Shown in pieces: positions 9,442 to 19,275 of a DNA stretch of 32,000 bases. The notes under the pieces were generated by a model that was not told where the DNA came from, ran no database searches, and saw only the letters and a program-made list of their open reading frames with translations. The stretch lies in NCBI RefSeq assembly GCF_000039765.1, contig NC_004459.3, forward strand, positions 2,151,127 to 2,183,126, given 5' to 3'. Numbering within the stretch: position 1 is the stretch's first letter; each line of letters opens with the position of its first letter. This DNA is from Vibrio vulnificus CMCP6 (GTDB lineage: Bacteria; Pseudomonadota; Gammaproteobacteria; Enterobacterales; Vibrionaceae). The position numbers were made by a program, and so were the translations under genes.

Positions 9442-11220
9442 ATGCGTACCCATTACTGTGGTCACCTGAACAAGTCCCTTGCAGGACAAACTGTAGAACT
9501 TTGCGGCTGGGTTAACCGTCGTCGTGATTTAGGCGGTCTTATTTTTATTGATATGCGAGATCGTGAAGGTATCGTTCAGGTAGTTGTTGATCCAGATATG
9601 GCTGATGCGTATGCAGTGGCAAGCCAACTGCGTAATGAGTTCTGTATCAAGCTAACGGGTGAAGTTCGCACTCGTCCTGAAAGCCAAGTGAATAAAGAAA
9701 TGGCAACGGGTGAAGTAGAGATCTTGGCTAAAGGTCTTGAAATCATCAACCGTTCTGACGTGCTGCCTCTCGACTTCAACCAGAAGAACTCGGAAGAGCA
9801 ACGTCTGAAGTATCGCTACCTAGACCTACGTCGTCCAGAAATGAGCGACCGCATCAAGCTACGTGCAAAAGCGTCTAGCTTTGTTCGTCGTTTCCTAGAT
9901 GACAACGGCTTCCTAGACATCGAAACGCCAGTACTAACCAAAGCGACACCAGAAGGCGCGCGTGACTACCTAGTACCAAGCCGTGTTCACAAAGGCAGCT
10001 TCTACGCACTTCCTCAATCTCCACAGTTGTTCAAACAGCTGCTTATGATGTCTGGCTTTGACCGTTACTACCAAATCGTTAAGTGTTTCCGTGACGAAGA
10101 CTTACGTGCTGACCGTCAGCCAGAATTCACCCAGATCGATATTGAAACGTCATTCATGACGTCTGATCAAGTACGTGCAGTGACGGAAAAAATGGTTCGC
10201 GAAATGTGGCTAGAGCTACTGAACGTTGACCTAGGTGAGTTCCCTGTTATGCCGTTTAGCGAAGCGATTCGTCGTTTCGGCTCGGACAAGCCAGATCTGC
10301 GTAACCCACTAGAGCTAGTAGACGTTGCTGACCTAGTAAAAGACGTGGATTTCAAAGTGTTCTCTGGCCCTGCTAACGATGAGAAAGGTCGTGTGGCAGT
10401 TATCCGTGTTCCTGGTGGTGCAGAGCTTACTCGTAAGCAAATCGATGAGTACACTGGCTTTGTGAACATCTACGGCGCGAAAGGTCTAGCATGGATGAAG
10501 GTTAACGACCGTGCAGCTGGCATGGAGGGTATCCAATCTCCAGTCGCTAAATTCCTAAGCGAAGATGTGATCAACGGTATTCTAGAGCGCACTCAAGCAG
10601 AATCGGGTGACATCATCCTATTTGGCGCAGACAAAGCTAACATCGTTGCTGAAGCACTAGGTGCACTTCGTCTTAAACTTGGCAAAGACCTGGGTCTAAC
10701 CAAAGAAGGCACTTGGGCTCCACTATGGGTTGTTGACTTCCCAATGTTTGAAGAAGACGACGAAGGCAACCTACACGCGATGCACCACCCATTCACATCG
10801 CCTCTAGGTCTGACTGCTGAAGAGCTCAAAGCAAACCCAGCGCCAGCGATTTCAAATGCGTACGACATGGTTCTCAACGGCTACGAAGTGGGCGGTGGTT
10901 CTGTACGTATTCACAACGCAGAAATGCAGGCAGCGGTATTCGATATTCTTGGTATCGATGCTGACGAGCAAAAACTGAAATTTGGCTTCCTATTGGACGC
11001 ACTGAAATTCGGTACGCCTCCACACGCAGGTCTTGCATTCGGTCTAGACCGTCTTGTCATGCTGCTATGTGGTACTGAGAACATTCGTGACGTTATCGCG
11101 TTTCCGAAAACAACAGCAGCCGCGTGTCTGATGACGGATGCGCCAAGTGTGGCTAACCCAGCAGCACTTGAAGAGCTTGCGATTGCCGTGACGGTTGCAA
11201 AAGAAAAAAGCGCAGAATAA
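9442..11220 (+). CDS. aspS: aspartate--tRNA ligase
   Basis: 592-aa ORF with class II aaRS motifs: '[18 protein letters not shown]', 'GGGSVRIH' and '[12 protein letters not shown]'. Strong codon bias. Confidence 0.97.
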   Translation: MRTHYCGHLNKSLAGQTVELCGWVNRRRDLGGLIFIDMRDREGIVQVVVDPDMADAYAVASQLRNEFCIKLTGEVRTRPESQVNKEMATGEVEILAKGLEIINRSDVLPLDFNQKNSEEQRLKYRYLDLRRPEMSDRIKLRAKASSFVRRFLDDNGFLDIETPVLTKATPEGARDYLVPSRVHKGSFYALPQSPQLFKQLLMMSGFDRYYQIVKCFRDEDLRADRQPEFTQIDIETSFMTSDQVRAVTEKMVREMWLELLNVDLGEFPVMPFSEAIRRFGSDKPDLRNPLELVDVADLVKDVDFKVFSGPANDEKGRVAVIRVPGGAELTRKQIDEYTGFVNIYGAKGLAWMKVNDRAAGMEGIQSPVAKFLSEDVINGILERTQAESGDIILFGADKANIVAEALGALRLKLGKDLGLTKEGTWAPLWVVDFPMFEEDDEGNLHAMHHPFTSPLGLTAEELKANPAPAISNAYDMVLNGYEVGGGSVRIHNAEMQAAVFDILGIDADEQKLKFGFLLDALKFGTPPHAGLAFGLDRLVMLLCGTENIRDVIAFPKTTAAACLMTDAPSVANPAALEELAIAVTVAKEKSAE

Positions 11221-11238
11221 GCAATAAGCGTTAAAAAA

Positions 11239-11262
11239 CTCCCGCAAACGCGGGAGTTTTTG
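11239..11262 (+). terminator. rho-independent terminator after aspS
   Basis: CTCCCGC (11239-11245), loop AAAC, GCGGGAG (11250-11256), then a T5 run. Confidence 0.8.
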
Positions 11263-11286
11263 TTTAAGGAACAGATAGGAAGTGTC

Positions 11287-11808
11287 ATGTCGATTATTCT
11301 AGGAATTGACCCAGGCTCTCGCGTTACTGGCTATGGTGTGATTCGCCAAAATGGCCGACACCTGCAATATCTTGGCAGTGGTTGTATTCGTACATCAGAA
11401 AAAGATTTACCTGGTCGTTTAAAGCAAATTTATGCGGGTGTAACGGAGATTATTACTCAGTTTCAGCCGGATGCGTTTGCCATCGAACAGGTCTTCATGG
11501 CGAAAAATGCCGACTCAGCACTCAAACTTGGCCAAGCGCGTGGTGCGGCAATCGTTTCTGCCGTGAATCACGATTTGCCAGTTTACGAATACGCCGCTCG
11601 TTTGATTAAGCAAGCCGTGGTAGGCACGGGTGGGGCTGATAAAGCACAGGTGCAACACATGGTGCAACATATGCTCAAGTTACCCGCTAAACCCCAGGCG
11701 GACGCGGCCGATGCGTTAGGTGTTGCCATTTGTCACGCCAATACCAATAAAACCCTCATTGCCTTAGCCGGGCAGGCGACCAGTGCTAAACGAGGCCGTT
11801 ATCGCTAA
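11287..11808 (+). CDS. ruvC: crossover junction endodeoxyribonuclease RuvC
   Basis: '[19 protein letters not shown]' and '[12 protein letters not shown]' are RuvC catalytic-acid motifs. ATG 11287 is preceded by AGGAAG (11276-11281) and is preferred over the track start 11260. Confidence 0.93.
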   Translation: MSIILGIDPGSRVTGYGVIRQNGRHLQYLGSGCIRTSEKDLPGRLKQIYAGVTEIITQFQPDAFAIEQVFMAKNADSALKLGQARGAAIVSAVNHDLPVYEYAARLIKQAVVGTGGADKAQVQHMVQHMLKLPAKPQADAADALGVAICHANTNKTLIALAGQATSAKRGRYR

Positions 11809-11922
11809 TTGGCTTAAAAATGAGACATCTCAAGCAGAATAAATAATCTAATTTGTTATTTAATTGTTAAGAAATTAGTCTGGTCGGAGGTCTAGTTATA
11901 TTTCAGTCAAGGAAGATTGAAG

Positions 11923-13383
11923 ATGAATCCCGCCCATCTCTGGCACCGCTTTTGTGTGCCTTCACAAGCCCAATGGACGAGCGCTCAGCAAAGACAAGCG
12001 GCGATTCTGTCGCTGTTTACCTTTATCGCGTTCCTCGTTGGCCTATACAGTTTGTTCAAATGGTCGCGTCACGGCCATGAAAGTCTGATCACTACCTCAA
12101 TCGCTCTGATTCTGTGCGAACTCGCCGCCGCGGCAGTGTTACGATGGAGTCGAAAACCGATATTGGCCCTTAACATTGGTTTTGTTGGAATGGTGACACA
12201 TGCGCTCAACATCATTTATCAAAGTGGCGGCGTGGTGGAGTCTACCCAAACGTATTGGATCCCGCTGTTGATCGTGGCATTTTTTCTTTCCGCGACTCGC
12301 ATCATGGCGCTGATATGGAGTGGTTCAGTGATCATGATTGCCGCACTGATGACTTACTTTCATCTTTCTGGAGTGGCTTTCCCTCAGCTCGAGCTCGCAT
12401 CGTCAGCACTTCGCGTGGAAATATGGTCAGGCACCGTATTGCCCTTGGTGGTGATCTGCATTGCTCAAGCCTACACGGCAGGACAGCGTGATAAAGCTAT
12501 CTCAGGTGCGGAACGGGCAACCGCACAAAGTGAAGAAGCGGCGTTGAATGCCAAACAAGGGGCTGCAAATCTTACTCAGGTACTGCAACAGGCGACGGTA
12601 AGTTCGACCGAACTCAATCAGGTTTCTTTAGCGTTGGATTCACAATCGCAAACCCTAGATGCTCAAGTCAGTCAGCTTAATTTGAACTGTCAAAGTCAAG
12701 CGAGCGCGGCGGAAGAAATAAGTCAGCAGATCCACCATATTGCGGAAGGGTTGAATGAGTCTGGCCGATTTGTCAGTGAACTTCAGCAACGCAGTGAAAC
12801 AGTCCATCAGCAAGCGGCGGAAAGTTCAAGGTTGCTTGTTGACTCCACTCAAGCTATTACACAAATACTCACCAGTCATGAGCAGATCATGCGAGTGGCA
12901 GATTTGATTACCTCCGTTGCAGAACAAACCAACTTATTGGCATTGAACGCAGCGATTGAAGCGGCCAGAGCAGGAGAGCAAGGCCGAGGTTTTGCGGTGG
13001 TCGCAGAGCAGGTACGCGAGCTTTCGTCAAAGAGTAGCTACTCCGCGTTGGAAATTCGCCAGTTATTGGACAGAAGTGAACAAGAAGTTCGTCACGGACA
13101 GCAAGTGGTGCACCTGAGTGCCGAGCGAATGGAGAACATCATCGCACAAATCAATACAATTCATGTCGATGTGCAAGCATTGGCTGATATCGTAGGGCAA
13201 CAAAACCAAGCCGTCAAAGAGTTGGATGACGCCAGTAGCGAAGTGGCATTGAATGTGGCCAATACTAAGTGCGTTGCCGATGTGGTGGCAGACAATGGTA
13301 GTGAGTTACGACAGCACGTGAATAAAGTCCGGTTGCTCAGTAACCAACTCGATCAAGTGATCTCAAAAAACGCCACTCATTAA
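11923..13383 (+). CDS. methyl-accepting chemotaxis protein with a multi-TM N-terminal domain, no periplasmic sensor
   Basis: It carries the highly conserved MCP hairpin '[35 protein letters not shown]' (about 12920-13030). The N-terminal ~190 aa hold five to six hydrophobic segments joined by short loops. ATG 11923 is preceded by AAGGAAG (11909-11915); the track start is TTG 11917. Confidence 0.87.
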   Translation: MNPAHLWHRFCVPSQAQWTSAQQRQAAILSLFTFIAFLVGLYSLFKWSRHGHESLITTSIALILCELAAAAVLRWSRKPILALNIGFVGMVTHALNIIYQSGGVVESTQTYWIPLLIVAFFLSATRIMALIWSGSVIMIAALMTYFHLSGVAFPQLELASSALRVEIWSGTVLPLVVICIAQAYTAGQRDKAISGAERATAQSEEAALNAKQGAANLTQVLQQATVSSTELNQVSLALDSQSQTLDAQVSQLNLNCQSQASAAEEISQQIHHIAEGLNESGRFVSELQQRSETVHQQAAESSRLLVDSTQAITQILTSHEQIMRVADLITSVAEQTNLLALNAAIEAARAGEQGRGFAVVAEQVRELSSKSSYSALEIRQLLDRSEQEVRHGQQVVHLSAERMENIIAQINTIHVDVQALADIVGQQNQAVKELDDASSEVALNVANTKCVADVVADNGSELRQHVNKVRLLSNQLDQVISKNATH

Positions 13384-13384
13384 G

Positions 13385-13416
13385 ATAAAGAACTGGATGT
13401 CTATCCAGTTCTTTAT
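13385..13416 (+). terminator. perfect 14-bp-stem hairpin after the MCP gene (terminator or attenuator)
   Basis: ATAAAGAACTGGAT (13385-13398), loop GTCT, ATCCAGTTCTTTAT (13403-13416). The stem base is T-rich, with no separate long T tract. Confidence 0.5.
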
Positions 13417-13453
13417 TATCCTGTCGCAAATTCATTTCTAAAGAGTATTGAAC

Positions 13454-14068
13454 GTGATCGGACGTCTTCGCGGCATTCTGCTGGAAAAACAACCCCCTGA
13501 ATTGTTGATTGAAGTTAATGGCATTGGCTATGAAGTTCAGATGCCAATGAGTTGTTTCTACGAGCTTCCTAACATTGGGGAAGAAGCCATTATCTATACT
13601 CATTTTGTGGTGCGTGAAGATGCTCAGTTACTTTATGGATTCAATACCGTGAAAGAACGAGCGCTGTTTAGAGAGGTCATCAAAGCCAATGGGGTTGGAC
13701 CAAAACTGGGTTTGGCCATTTTATCAGGCATGACGGCAAGCCAGTTTGTGGCGTCGGTAGAAAGAGAAGACATTTCCACGCTGGTGAAATTACCGGGCGT
13801 TGGCAAGAAGACCGCAGAACGTCTTGTGGTTGAGATGAAAGATCGTTTGAAAGGTTGGAGCGCTGGCGATCTGTTCACGCCGTTTACCGATGCGGCGCCA
13901 GTCGATTCAGGCAGCACAAGCAGTAACAGTGCAGAAGAAGAAGCGGTCAGTGCACTCTTGGCGTTGGGATATAAGCCTGTTCAGGCATCAAAAGTAGTAT
14001 CGCAGATTGCTAAACCGGATATGACCAGCGAACAGTTGATCCGTGAAGCGCTCAAGTCCATGGTCTAA
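13454..14068 (+). CDS. ruvA: Holliday junction branch migration complex subunit RuvA
   Basis: From GTG 13454 the protein begins '[15 protein letters not shown]', the canonical RuvA N-terminus. The HhH motif '[15 protein letters not shown]' is present. The track start TTG 13448 would add 2 aa. Confidence 0.93.
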   Translation: MIGRLRGILLEKQPPELLIEVNGIGYEVQMPMSCFYELPNIGEEAIIYTHFVVREDAQLLYGFNTVKERALFREVIKANGVGPKLGLAILSGMTASQFVASVEREDISTLVKLPGVGKKTAERLVVEMKDRLKGWSAGDLFTPFTDAAPVDSGSTSSNSAEEEAVSALLALGYKPVQASKVVSQIAKPDMTSEQLIREALKSMV

Positions 14069-14089
14069 TCGCGCAAAATAGGTATTGAT

Positions 14090-15094
14090 ATGATTGAAGC
14101 AGATCGCTTAATTGCTCCGGACAATCCCGCTTTTCGTGATGAAGATGTGATTGACCGCGCGATACGACCAAAGAAACTCGCCGATTACCAAGGCCAAGAT
14201 CACGTACGTGATCAAATGGAAATTTTTATTAAAGCCGCGCAATTGCGTAACGAAGCGCTCGACCATTTATTGATTTTTGGCCCTCCAGGTTTGGGTAAAA
14301 CCACCTTAGCGAACATTGTTGCAAACGAGATGGGCGTAAATATTCGCACCACGTCAGGGCCGGTGTTAGAAAAAGCGGGAGATTTAGCGGCCTTGCTGAC
14401 CAATCTTGAAGAAAACGACGTGCTCTTCATTGATGAAATACACCGACTCAGCCCGATGGTGGAAGAAGTGTTGTATCCAGCCATGGAAGATTACCAATTG
14501 GATATTATGATTGGTGAAGGCCCTGCTGCACGTTCAATCAAAATCGATTTGCCGCCCTTTACGCTAATTGGTGCAACCACTCGTGCCGGCTCACTGACTT
14601 CCCCTTTGCGTGATCGTTTTGGTATTACCCAGCGTTTGGAGTATTACAAAATTCCTGATCTGCAGAATATTGTGCAACGCAGTGCTGACTGCTTGGGGCT
14701 TTCCATGGAAGCGGAAGGGGCATTAGAGGTGGCGCGTCGTGCGCGTGGTACACCGCGTATTGCCAATCGCTTGTTGCGCCGCGTACGCGATTTTGCTGAA
14801 GTAAAAGGCAATGGTCACATCTGTGCAGACACCGCAGACAAAGCGCTCAACATGCTAGATGTGGACTCGAAAGGCTTTGATTACATGGACCGCAAGTTGC
14901 TGTTGGCCATCATGGAGAAATTTGGTGGTGGTCCGGTAGGCTTGGATAACATGGCAGCCGCGATCGGTGAAGAGAAAGACACGATTGAAGATGTGTTAGA
15001 GCCCTATTTGATTCAGCAGGGTTATTTACAACGCACGCCTCGAGGGCGAATCGCAACCGATCGGGCGTATCTTCATTTCGGAATTGAAAAGTAA
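14090..15094 (+). CDS. ruvB: Holliday junction branch migration DNA helicase RuvB
   Basis: Walker A 'GPPGLGKTT', Walker B '[10 protein letters not shown]', sensor/arginine region '[15 protein letters not shown]'. Confidence 0.97.
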   Translation: MIEADRLIAPDNPAFRDEDVIDRAIRPKKLADYQGQDHVRDQMEIFIKAAQLRNEALDHLLIFGPPGLGKTTLANIVANEMGVNIRTTSGPVLEKAGDLAALLTNLEENDVLFIDEIHRLSPMVEEVLYPAMEDYQLDIMIGEGPAARSIKIDLPPFTLIGATTRAGSLTSPLRDRFGITQRLEYYKIPDLQNIVQRSADCLGLSMEAEGALEVARRARGTPRIANRLLRRVRDFAEVKGNGHICADTADKALNMLDVDSKGFDYMDRKLLLAIMEKFGGGPVGLDNMAAAIGEEKDTIEDVLEPYLIQQGYLQRTPRGRIATDRAYLHFGIEK

Positions 15095-15100
15095 GTTTGC

Positions 15101-15134
15101 AAGGCTAGGCATTAAATTTCCTAGCCTTTTCTTT
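15101..15134 (+). terminator. rho-independent terminator after ruvB
   Basis: AAGGCTAGG (15101-15109), a 10-nt loop, CCTAGCCTT (15120-15128), running into TTTTCTTT. Confidence 0.6.
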
Positions 15135-15277
15135 AATGTGAGCAAAATCACAATAAAGAAAATCCAACTACCTCTAAATAGGTAATGCAAAATCGCGCAT
15201 TGTAAACATCTCGTAGCCATAATGAGGCGTGCATTTCCTTCTGATTACCTGGCGTTAACAAACTGTCTTGCATTTGC

Positions 15278-15291
15278 TTGATTTAGATCAA
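15278..15291. promoter_or_regulatory. FNR-type box 1 (TTGAT-N4-ATCAA, perfect)
   Basis: The sequence TTGATTTAGATCAA read directly. It lies upstream of cydA, and cydAB is FNR/ArcA-controlled in E. coli. Confidence 0.6.
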
Positions 15292-15327
15292 GTTGATTGT
15301 TTTTTAGACAGAAATGCCGCATGTTTC

Positions 15328-15341
15328 TTGATTCAAATCAA
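15328..15341. promoter_or_regulatory. FNR-type box 2 (TTGAT-N4-ATCAA, perfect)
   Basis: The sequence TTGATTCAAATCAA read directly. Its centre is 50 bp from box 1. Confidence 0.6.
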
Positions 15342-15419
15342 AGCGCTTTGCGTTTATAAAACTTTTGAAACCCTCAGTTTTTAGCAGTAGTATTAGCCGC
15401 AGCTATATTAGCTGATGCT

Positions 15420-15434
15420 TAACAATTAACTAAC
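15420..15434 (-). promoter_or_regulatory. ArcA-like direct-repeat box
   Basis: The minus strand reads GTTAGTTAATTGTTA, with two GTTA elements 11 bp apart. This resembles the remembered ArcA consensus GTTAATTAAATGTTA. Pattern match only, in AT-rich DNA. Confidence 0.3.
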
Positions 15435-15556
15435 CAATGCGGTACATTTTTGCAACAATATGTTGGTTTAATTCAACATTATTCAAGAAAGTTCAACTCT
15501 TGATGATGATTTGTAAAATGTAGAGAGTGTCATTCAGCCGACACATAGGAGTTACC

Positions 15557-17143
15557 ATGATTGACGTAGTTGATCTGTCGCGGTTGCAGTTTGCACTGAC
15601 AGCGATGTATCACTTCCTATTCGTACCTTTGACTCTAGGCATGGCTTTCCTTTTAGCCATCATGGAATCGCTGTACGTAATGACCGATAAGCAAATCTAC
15701 AAGGACATGACTAAGTTCTGGGGTAAGCTTTTTGGTATTAACTTTGCCCTAGGTGTGGCCACAGGCCTTACCATGGAATTCCAGTTTGGTACGAACTGGT
15801 CTTACTATTCCCATTATGTCGGTGACATTTTCGGTGCCCCTCTTGCTATTGAGGCACTCGTCGCATTCTTCTTAGAGTCCACCTTCGTCGGTCTATTCTT
15901 CTTCGGATGGGAGAGATTATCTAAACGTCAACACTTGGCCGTTACATGGTTAGTGGCATTAGGTTCTAACTTCTCTGCGTTGTGGATTCTTGTCGCGAAT
16001 GGCTGGATGCAAAACCCAGTGGGCGCTGAGTTCAACTTCGAAACCATGCGTATGGAGATGGTGAGCTTTGCCGAAGTGGTACTTAACCCTGTTGCTCAGG
16101 TGAAATTTGTTCACACAGTTGCGTCTGGTTATACAACGGGTGCCATGTTTATCCTTGGCATCAGCTCATACTATCTATTGAAAGGCCGTGACGTCGCATT
16201 TGCGCGTCGTTCGTTTGCTATTGCGGCTTCGTTCGGTATGGCATCGATCTTATCCGTTATCGTTCTTGGTGATGAATCAGGTTACGAGCTTGGCGAAGTA
16301 CAAAAAGTAAAACTTGCGGCGGTAGAAGCGGAGTGGCACACAGAACCTGCTCCAGCAGCGTTTACTCTGTTTGGTTTACCGAATCAGGAAACCATGCACA
16401 CCGACTACGCGATCAAGATCCCTTACGTTATGGGTATCATTGCGACGCGCTCTTTTGACGAGCAAGTAACGGGCCTTCGTGACCTACGTGATCAGCACGT
16501 TGATCGTATCCGTAACGGTATGTATGCCTACGAGTTGCTAGAAAAACTTCGTGCTGGCGATCGCTCTGAAGCGAACAAAGCGGCATTTGATGAAGTGAAA
16601 GGTGACCTTGGTTACGGCTTGCTACTTAAGCGTTATACCGACAAGGTGACCGATGCAACGGAAGAGCAAATTCAAGCCGCCGCGGATGACTCCATTCCAA
16701 CCGTATGGCCACTATTTATGTCGTTCCGCATCATGGTTGGCTGTGGCTTCATCATGCTGTTTGTCTTTGGTGCAGCATTCGTTCAAACGTGCCGTCAAAA
16801 GATCGAGCAAAAACCTTGGATTCTGAAAGCGGCGCTATTTAGCATCCCACTTCCTTGGATTGCGATCGAAGCAGGTTGGTTCGTCGCTGAGTACGGTCGT
16901 CAACCTTGGGCGGTGGGTGAAATTCTCCCAACCCACGTTGCCGCTTCGGCACTGACGATTGGCGAGCTATGGACCTCTCTATTCGCTATTTTGGCACTGT
17001 ACACCGTGTTCCTGATTGCAGAGGTGTACCTCATGTTGAAGTTCGCTCGCAAAGGACCAAGTAGCCTTAAAACAGGTCGTTACCACTTCGAACAAAATGG
17101 CGAGTCTATTGAAGACAAAGTTAATCGCCAAGTAGAAGCGTAA
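15557..17143 (+). CDS. cydA: cytochrome bd-I ubiquinol oxidase subunit I
   Basis: '[28 protein letters not shown]' is the canonical CydA N-terminus. ATG 15557 is preceded by AGGAG (15547-15551) and is preferred over the track start 15527. Confidence 0.95.
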   Translation: MIDVVDLSRLQFALTAMYHFLFVPLTLGMAFLLAIMESLYVMTDKQIYKDMTKFWGKLFGINFALGVATGLTMEFQFGTNWSYYSHYVGDIFGAPLAIEALVAFFLESTFVGLFFFGWERLSKRQHLAVTWLVALGSNFSALWILVANGWMQNPVGAEFNFETMRMEMVSFAEVVLNPVAQVKFVHTVASGYTTGAMFILGISSYYLLKGRDVAFARRSFAIAASFGMASILSVIVLGDESGYELGEVQKVKLAAVEAEWHTEPAPAAFTLFGLPNQETMHTDYAIKIPYVMGIIATRSFDEQVTGLRDLRDQHVDRIRNGMYAYELLEKLRAGDRSEANKAAFDEVKGDLGYGLLLKRYTDKVTDATEEQIQAAADDSIPTVWPLFMSFRIMVGCGFIMLFVFGAAFVQTCRQKIEQKPWILKAALFSIPLPWIAIEAGWFVAEYGRQPWAVGEILPTHVAASALTIGELWTSLFAILALYTVFLIAEVYLMLKFARKGPSSLKTGRYHFEQNGESIEDKVNRQVEA

Positions 17144-17159
17144 GGCAAGGAGACAGAAA

Positions 17160-18296
17160 ATGTTTGATTATGAAATCTTACGACTGATTTGGTGGGTTCT
17201 GATCGGTGTTCTACTGGTTGGTTTCGCCGTCACCGATGGTTTCGATATGGGGGTGGGTGCGCTCGTTCCTGTTATCGGTAAAAACGACACTGAGCGTCGT
17301 ATAATGATTAACACCATCGCACCGCACTGGGATGGTAACCAAGTTTGGCTAATCACCGCTGGTGGTGCACTGTTTGCCGCTTGGCCTCTGGTTTATGCAA
17401 CGTCGTTCTCTGGCTTCTATCTAGCGATGTATGTCACGTTAGCGGCACTTTGGCTACGTCCACTTGGCTTAGACTACCGTTCTAAAATCGAAAACCCAAA
17501 ATGGCGTAATGCATGGGATGGCGCGATCTGTTTTAGTGGCGCGGTACCGCCAGTGATATTCGGTGTTGCTTTTGGTAACTTACTGCAAGGCGTACCATTT
17601 GAGTTGAACAACCTGCTAATGTCAGAGTACAAAGGTTCATTCTTTGCACTATTGAATCCATTTGCATTACTTTGTGGCGTTCTCAGCTTAATGTTGTTTG
17701 TTCTCCAAGGTGCAACTTGGCTACAAATGAAGACAACAGAAGCGCTGCATACCCGCGCACGTAACGTTGCTCAAATTGCGGGCCTTGTGGTTGTGGCATT
17801 GTTCGTGATTGGTGGTTTCTGGGTTCAATCGATCGAAGGCTACGTGATTACGAGCACCATCGATACATTTGCAGATTCCAACCCGCTGAATAAAGAGGTT
17901 GTCCAACAAGCGGGCGCTTGGATGGCGAACTTTGAAACCTATCCAGCCATGTGGGCTGCGCCAGTATTGGGCGTGTTCATGCCATTGCTTGCGGTGATTG
18001 CCTCTCGTTTTGAGCGTGGTGGTTTCGCTTTCCTATTCTCAAGCTTGGCAAACGCCGGTGTGATTTTGACGGCTGGCTTCGCAATGTTCCCATTCGTGAT
18101 GCCTTCAAGCCTTGTTCCTGCACACAGCTTGACTATGTGGGATTCAACAGCAAGTGAACTGACCCTTGGTTTGATGACGGCTGTCGCGGCGGTTATGGTA
18201 CCTGTGATTCTTGGCTACACAACTTGGACTTACTACAAGATGTTTGGTCGTCTAGATAAGAAACACATCGAAGACAACGACGTTTCAGCTTACTAA
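17160..18296 (+). CDS. cydB: cytochrome bd-I ubiquinol oxidase subunit II
   Basis: 378-aa polytopic protein. 'LIWWVLIGVLLVGFAVTDGFDMGVG' is the CydB N-terminal signature. It follows cydA by 16 nt. Confidence 0.96.
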   Translation: MFDYEILRLIWWVLIGVLLVGFAVTDGFDMGVGALVPVIGKNDTERRIMINTIAPHWDGNQVWLITAGGALFAAWPLVYATSFSGFYLAMYVTLAALWLRPLGLDYRSKIENPKWRNAWDGAICFSGAVPPVIFGVAFGNLLQGVPFELNNLLMSEYKGSFFALLNPFALLCGVLSLMLFVLQGATWLQMKTTEALHTRARNVAQIAGLVVVALFVIGGFWVQSIEGYVITSTIDTFADSNPLNKEVVQQAGAWMANFETYPAMWAAPVLGVFMPLLAVIASRFERGGFAFLFSSLANAGVILTAGFAMFPFVMPSSLVPAHSLTMWDSTASELTLGLMTAVAAVMVPVILGYTTWTYYKMFGRLDKKHIEDNDVSAY

Positions 18297-18308
18297 GGAG
18301 TAATTACT

Positions 18309-18416
18309 ATGTGGTATTTCGCATGGATTCTGGGTGTACTATTAGCGTGTGCATTCGGCATTATTAATGCTCTTTGGTTAGAGCACAGTGAAATGATGGA
18401 TAAAGACAGTGAGTAA
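18309..18416 (+). CDS. cydX: cytochrome bd-I oxidase small subunit CydX (YbgT)
   Basis: Not in the ORF track because it is under 60 aa. ATG 18309 is preceded by AAGGAG (18295-18300). The 35-aa single-TM peptide is 'MWYFAWILGVLLACAFGIINALWLEHSEMMDKDSE', with stop TAA at 18414-18416. Its position after cydB matches cydX. Confidence 0.85.
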   Translation: MWYFAWILGVLLACAFGIINALWLEHSEMMDKDSE

Positions 18417-18711
18417 CTTGGATGCGCGAATCGCTTCGTTGCATGAGCCGCTAGACAAAACAATCTTAAAAGTGATTGCGTTGTTGCTTGGTTTCTTGCA
18501 CGTGGGATTAGTGATGTGGGACCCAGAAGCATACGCAACTGCGATTGGCGGATTCAATGCGCTAATCGGTCCTGCTCTAATCTGGGCGGTTTGCTCCAGC
18601 ATGGTTTATGGCGTTGGATTTAAGCCGAAGAAATGGGTGTGGCAACTCTTGTTTAGCCCATACTTCTCGCTGTCTATATTGCTGTTTCTCACCGCTTTAT
18701 ACATTTTGTAA
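18409..18711 (+). CDS. ybgE: cyd operon protein YbgE
   Basis: 100-aa hydrophobic protein directly after cydX, the conserved position of ybgE. The start is uncertain: GTG 18409 overlaps cydX by 8 nt, and TTG 18418 is an alternative. Confidence 0.8.
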   Translation: MSNLDARIASLHEPLDKTILKVIALLLGFLHVGLVMWDPEAYATAIGGFNALIGPALIWAVCSSMVYGVGFKPKKWVWQLLFSPYFSLSILLFLTALYIL

Positions 18712-18730
18712 CCGAAAAGGTTAATAATTG

Positions 18731-18760
18731 AGCCAGGCATCTTGCCTGGCTTTTTATTTT
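18731..18760 (+). terminator. rho-independent terminator after the cyd operon
   Basis: AGCCAGGCA (18731-18739), loop TCT, TGCCTGGCT (18743-18751), then TTTTTATTTT. Confidence 0.78.
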
Positions 18761-18855
18761 CCCCACGCAACTCAAAAAAAGTCTGAACTGCGGTACCAAT
18801 TTATGCCGCTTACGTTATAGTAATTGCCTTTAAACGCGAATGAATTGGTAGAATT

Positions 18856-19275
18856 TTGAACGGAATACGTCAGCCTTTTACTTGGCCAGTTACAGTGTAT
18901 TACGAAGACACCGATGCAGGTGGGGTGGTCTATCACTCCAATTATCTGAAGTTTTTTGAGCGAGCAAGGACCGAATTATTACGCTCAGTCGGTATTTCGC
19001 AGAATGTCTTGCTGGAACAAAACATCGGCTTTGTTGTCCGACACATGGATATCGATTTTATTCAGGGTGCTCGCCTTGACCAACACCTCACCATATTGAC
19101 TAAAATTGGCGAAATTAAACGCGCTTCGCTGCTTTTCTGTCAGGAATTAGTCAATGATGACGGCAAGTTATTGTGTAAAGCAACAGTTAAGGTAGCATGT
19201 ATCGACAATGTAAAAATGAAGCCAATTGCAATACCCACTTCTATTATTTCGGAGCTGACAAATAGTGACTGCTGA
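18856..19275 (+). CDS. ybgC: tol-pal-associated acyl-CoA thioesterase YbgC
   Basis: '[31 protein letters not shown]' is a hotdog-fold 4HBT motif almost identical to E. coli YbgC. The TTG start is inferred from homologue length, since no in-frame ATG lies nearby. Confidence 0.88.
   Translation: MNGIRQPFTWPVTVYYEDTDAGGVVYHSNYLKFFERARTELLRSVGISQNVLLEQNIGFVVRHMDIDFIQGARLDQHLTILTKIGEIKRASLLFCQELVNDDGKLLCKATVKVACIDNVKMKPIAIPTSIISELTNSDC

Noticed and set aside
8971-9489. 172-aa minus-strand ORF spanning the yecE 5' end, the intergenic region and the aspS start
   Set aside because: It overlaps two strongly supported genes and a promoter region. It has no recognisable motifs, and its codon usage looks like non-coding frame noise.
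9576-11288. Several 60-125-aa antisense ORFs inside aspS (Ser/Ala/Thr-rich)
   Set aside because: They are typical shadow ORFs opposite a highly codon-biased gene. None has a start context or any family resemblance.
13417-13453. Possible LexA (SOS) box in front of ruvA: CTGTCGCAAATTCATT
   Set aside because: Only the CTGT half matches CTGT-N8-ACAG, because the distal half is CATT. This is not sufficient to call an SOS box, and I found no better candidate elsewhere upstream of ruvA or ruvC.
15437-15523. 28-codon ORF in the cydA leader (MRYIFATICWFNSTLFKKVQLLMMICKM)
   Set aside because: It has no SD and lies in AT-rich regulatory DNA where short ORFs arise by chance. No leader peptide is known for cydAB.
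18824-18853. TTGCCT-N19-TAGAAT promoter-like match just upstream of ybgC
   Set aside because: The spacer is too long, and the -10 element would place the transcription start at or beyond the inferred TTG start codon of ybgC (18856). This is not a credible promoter for that gene.
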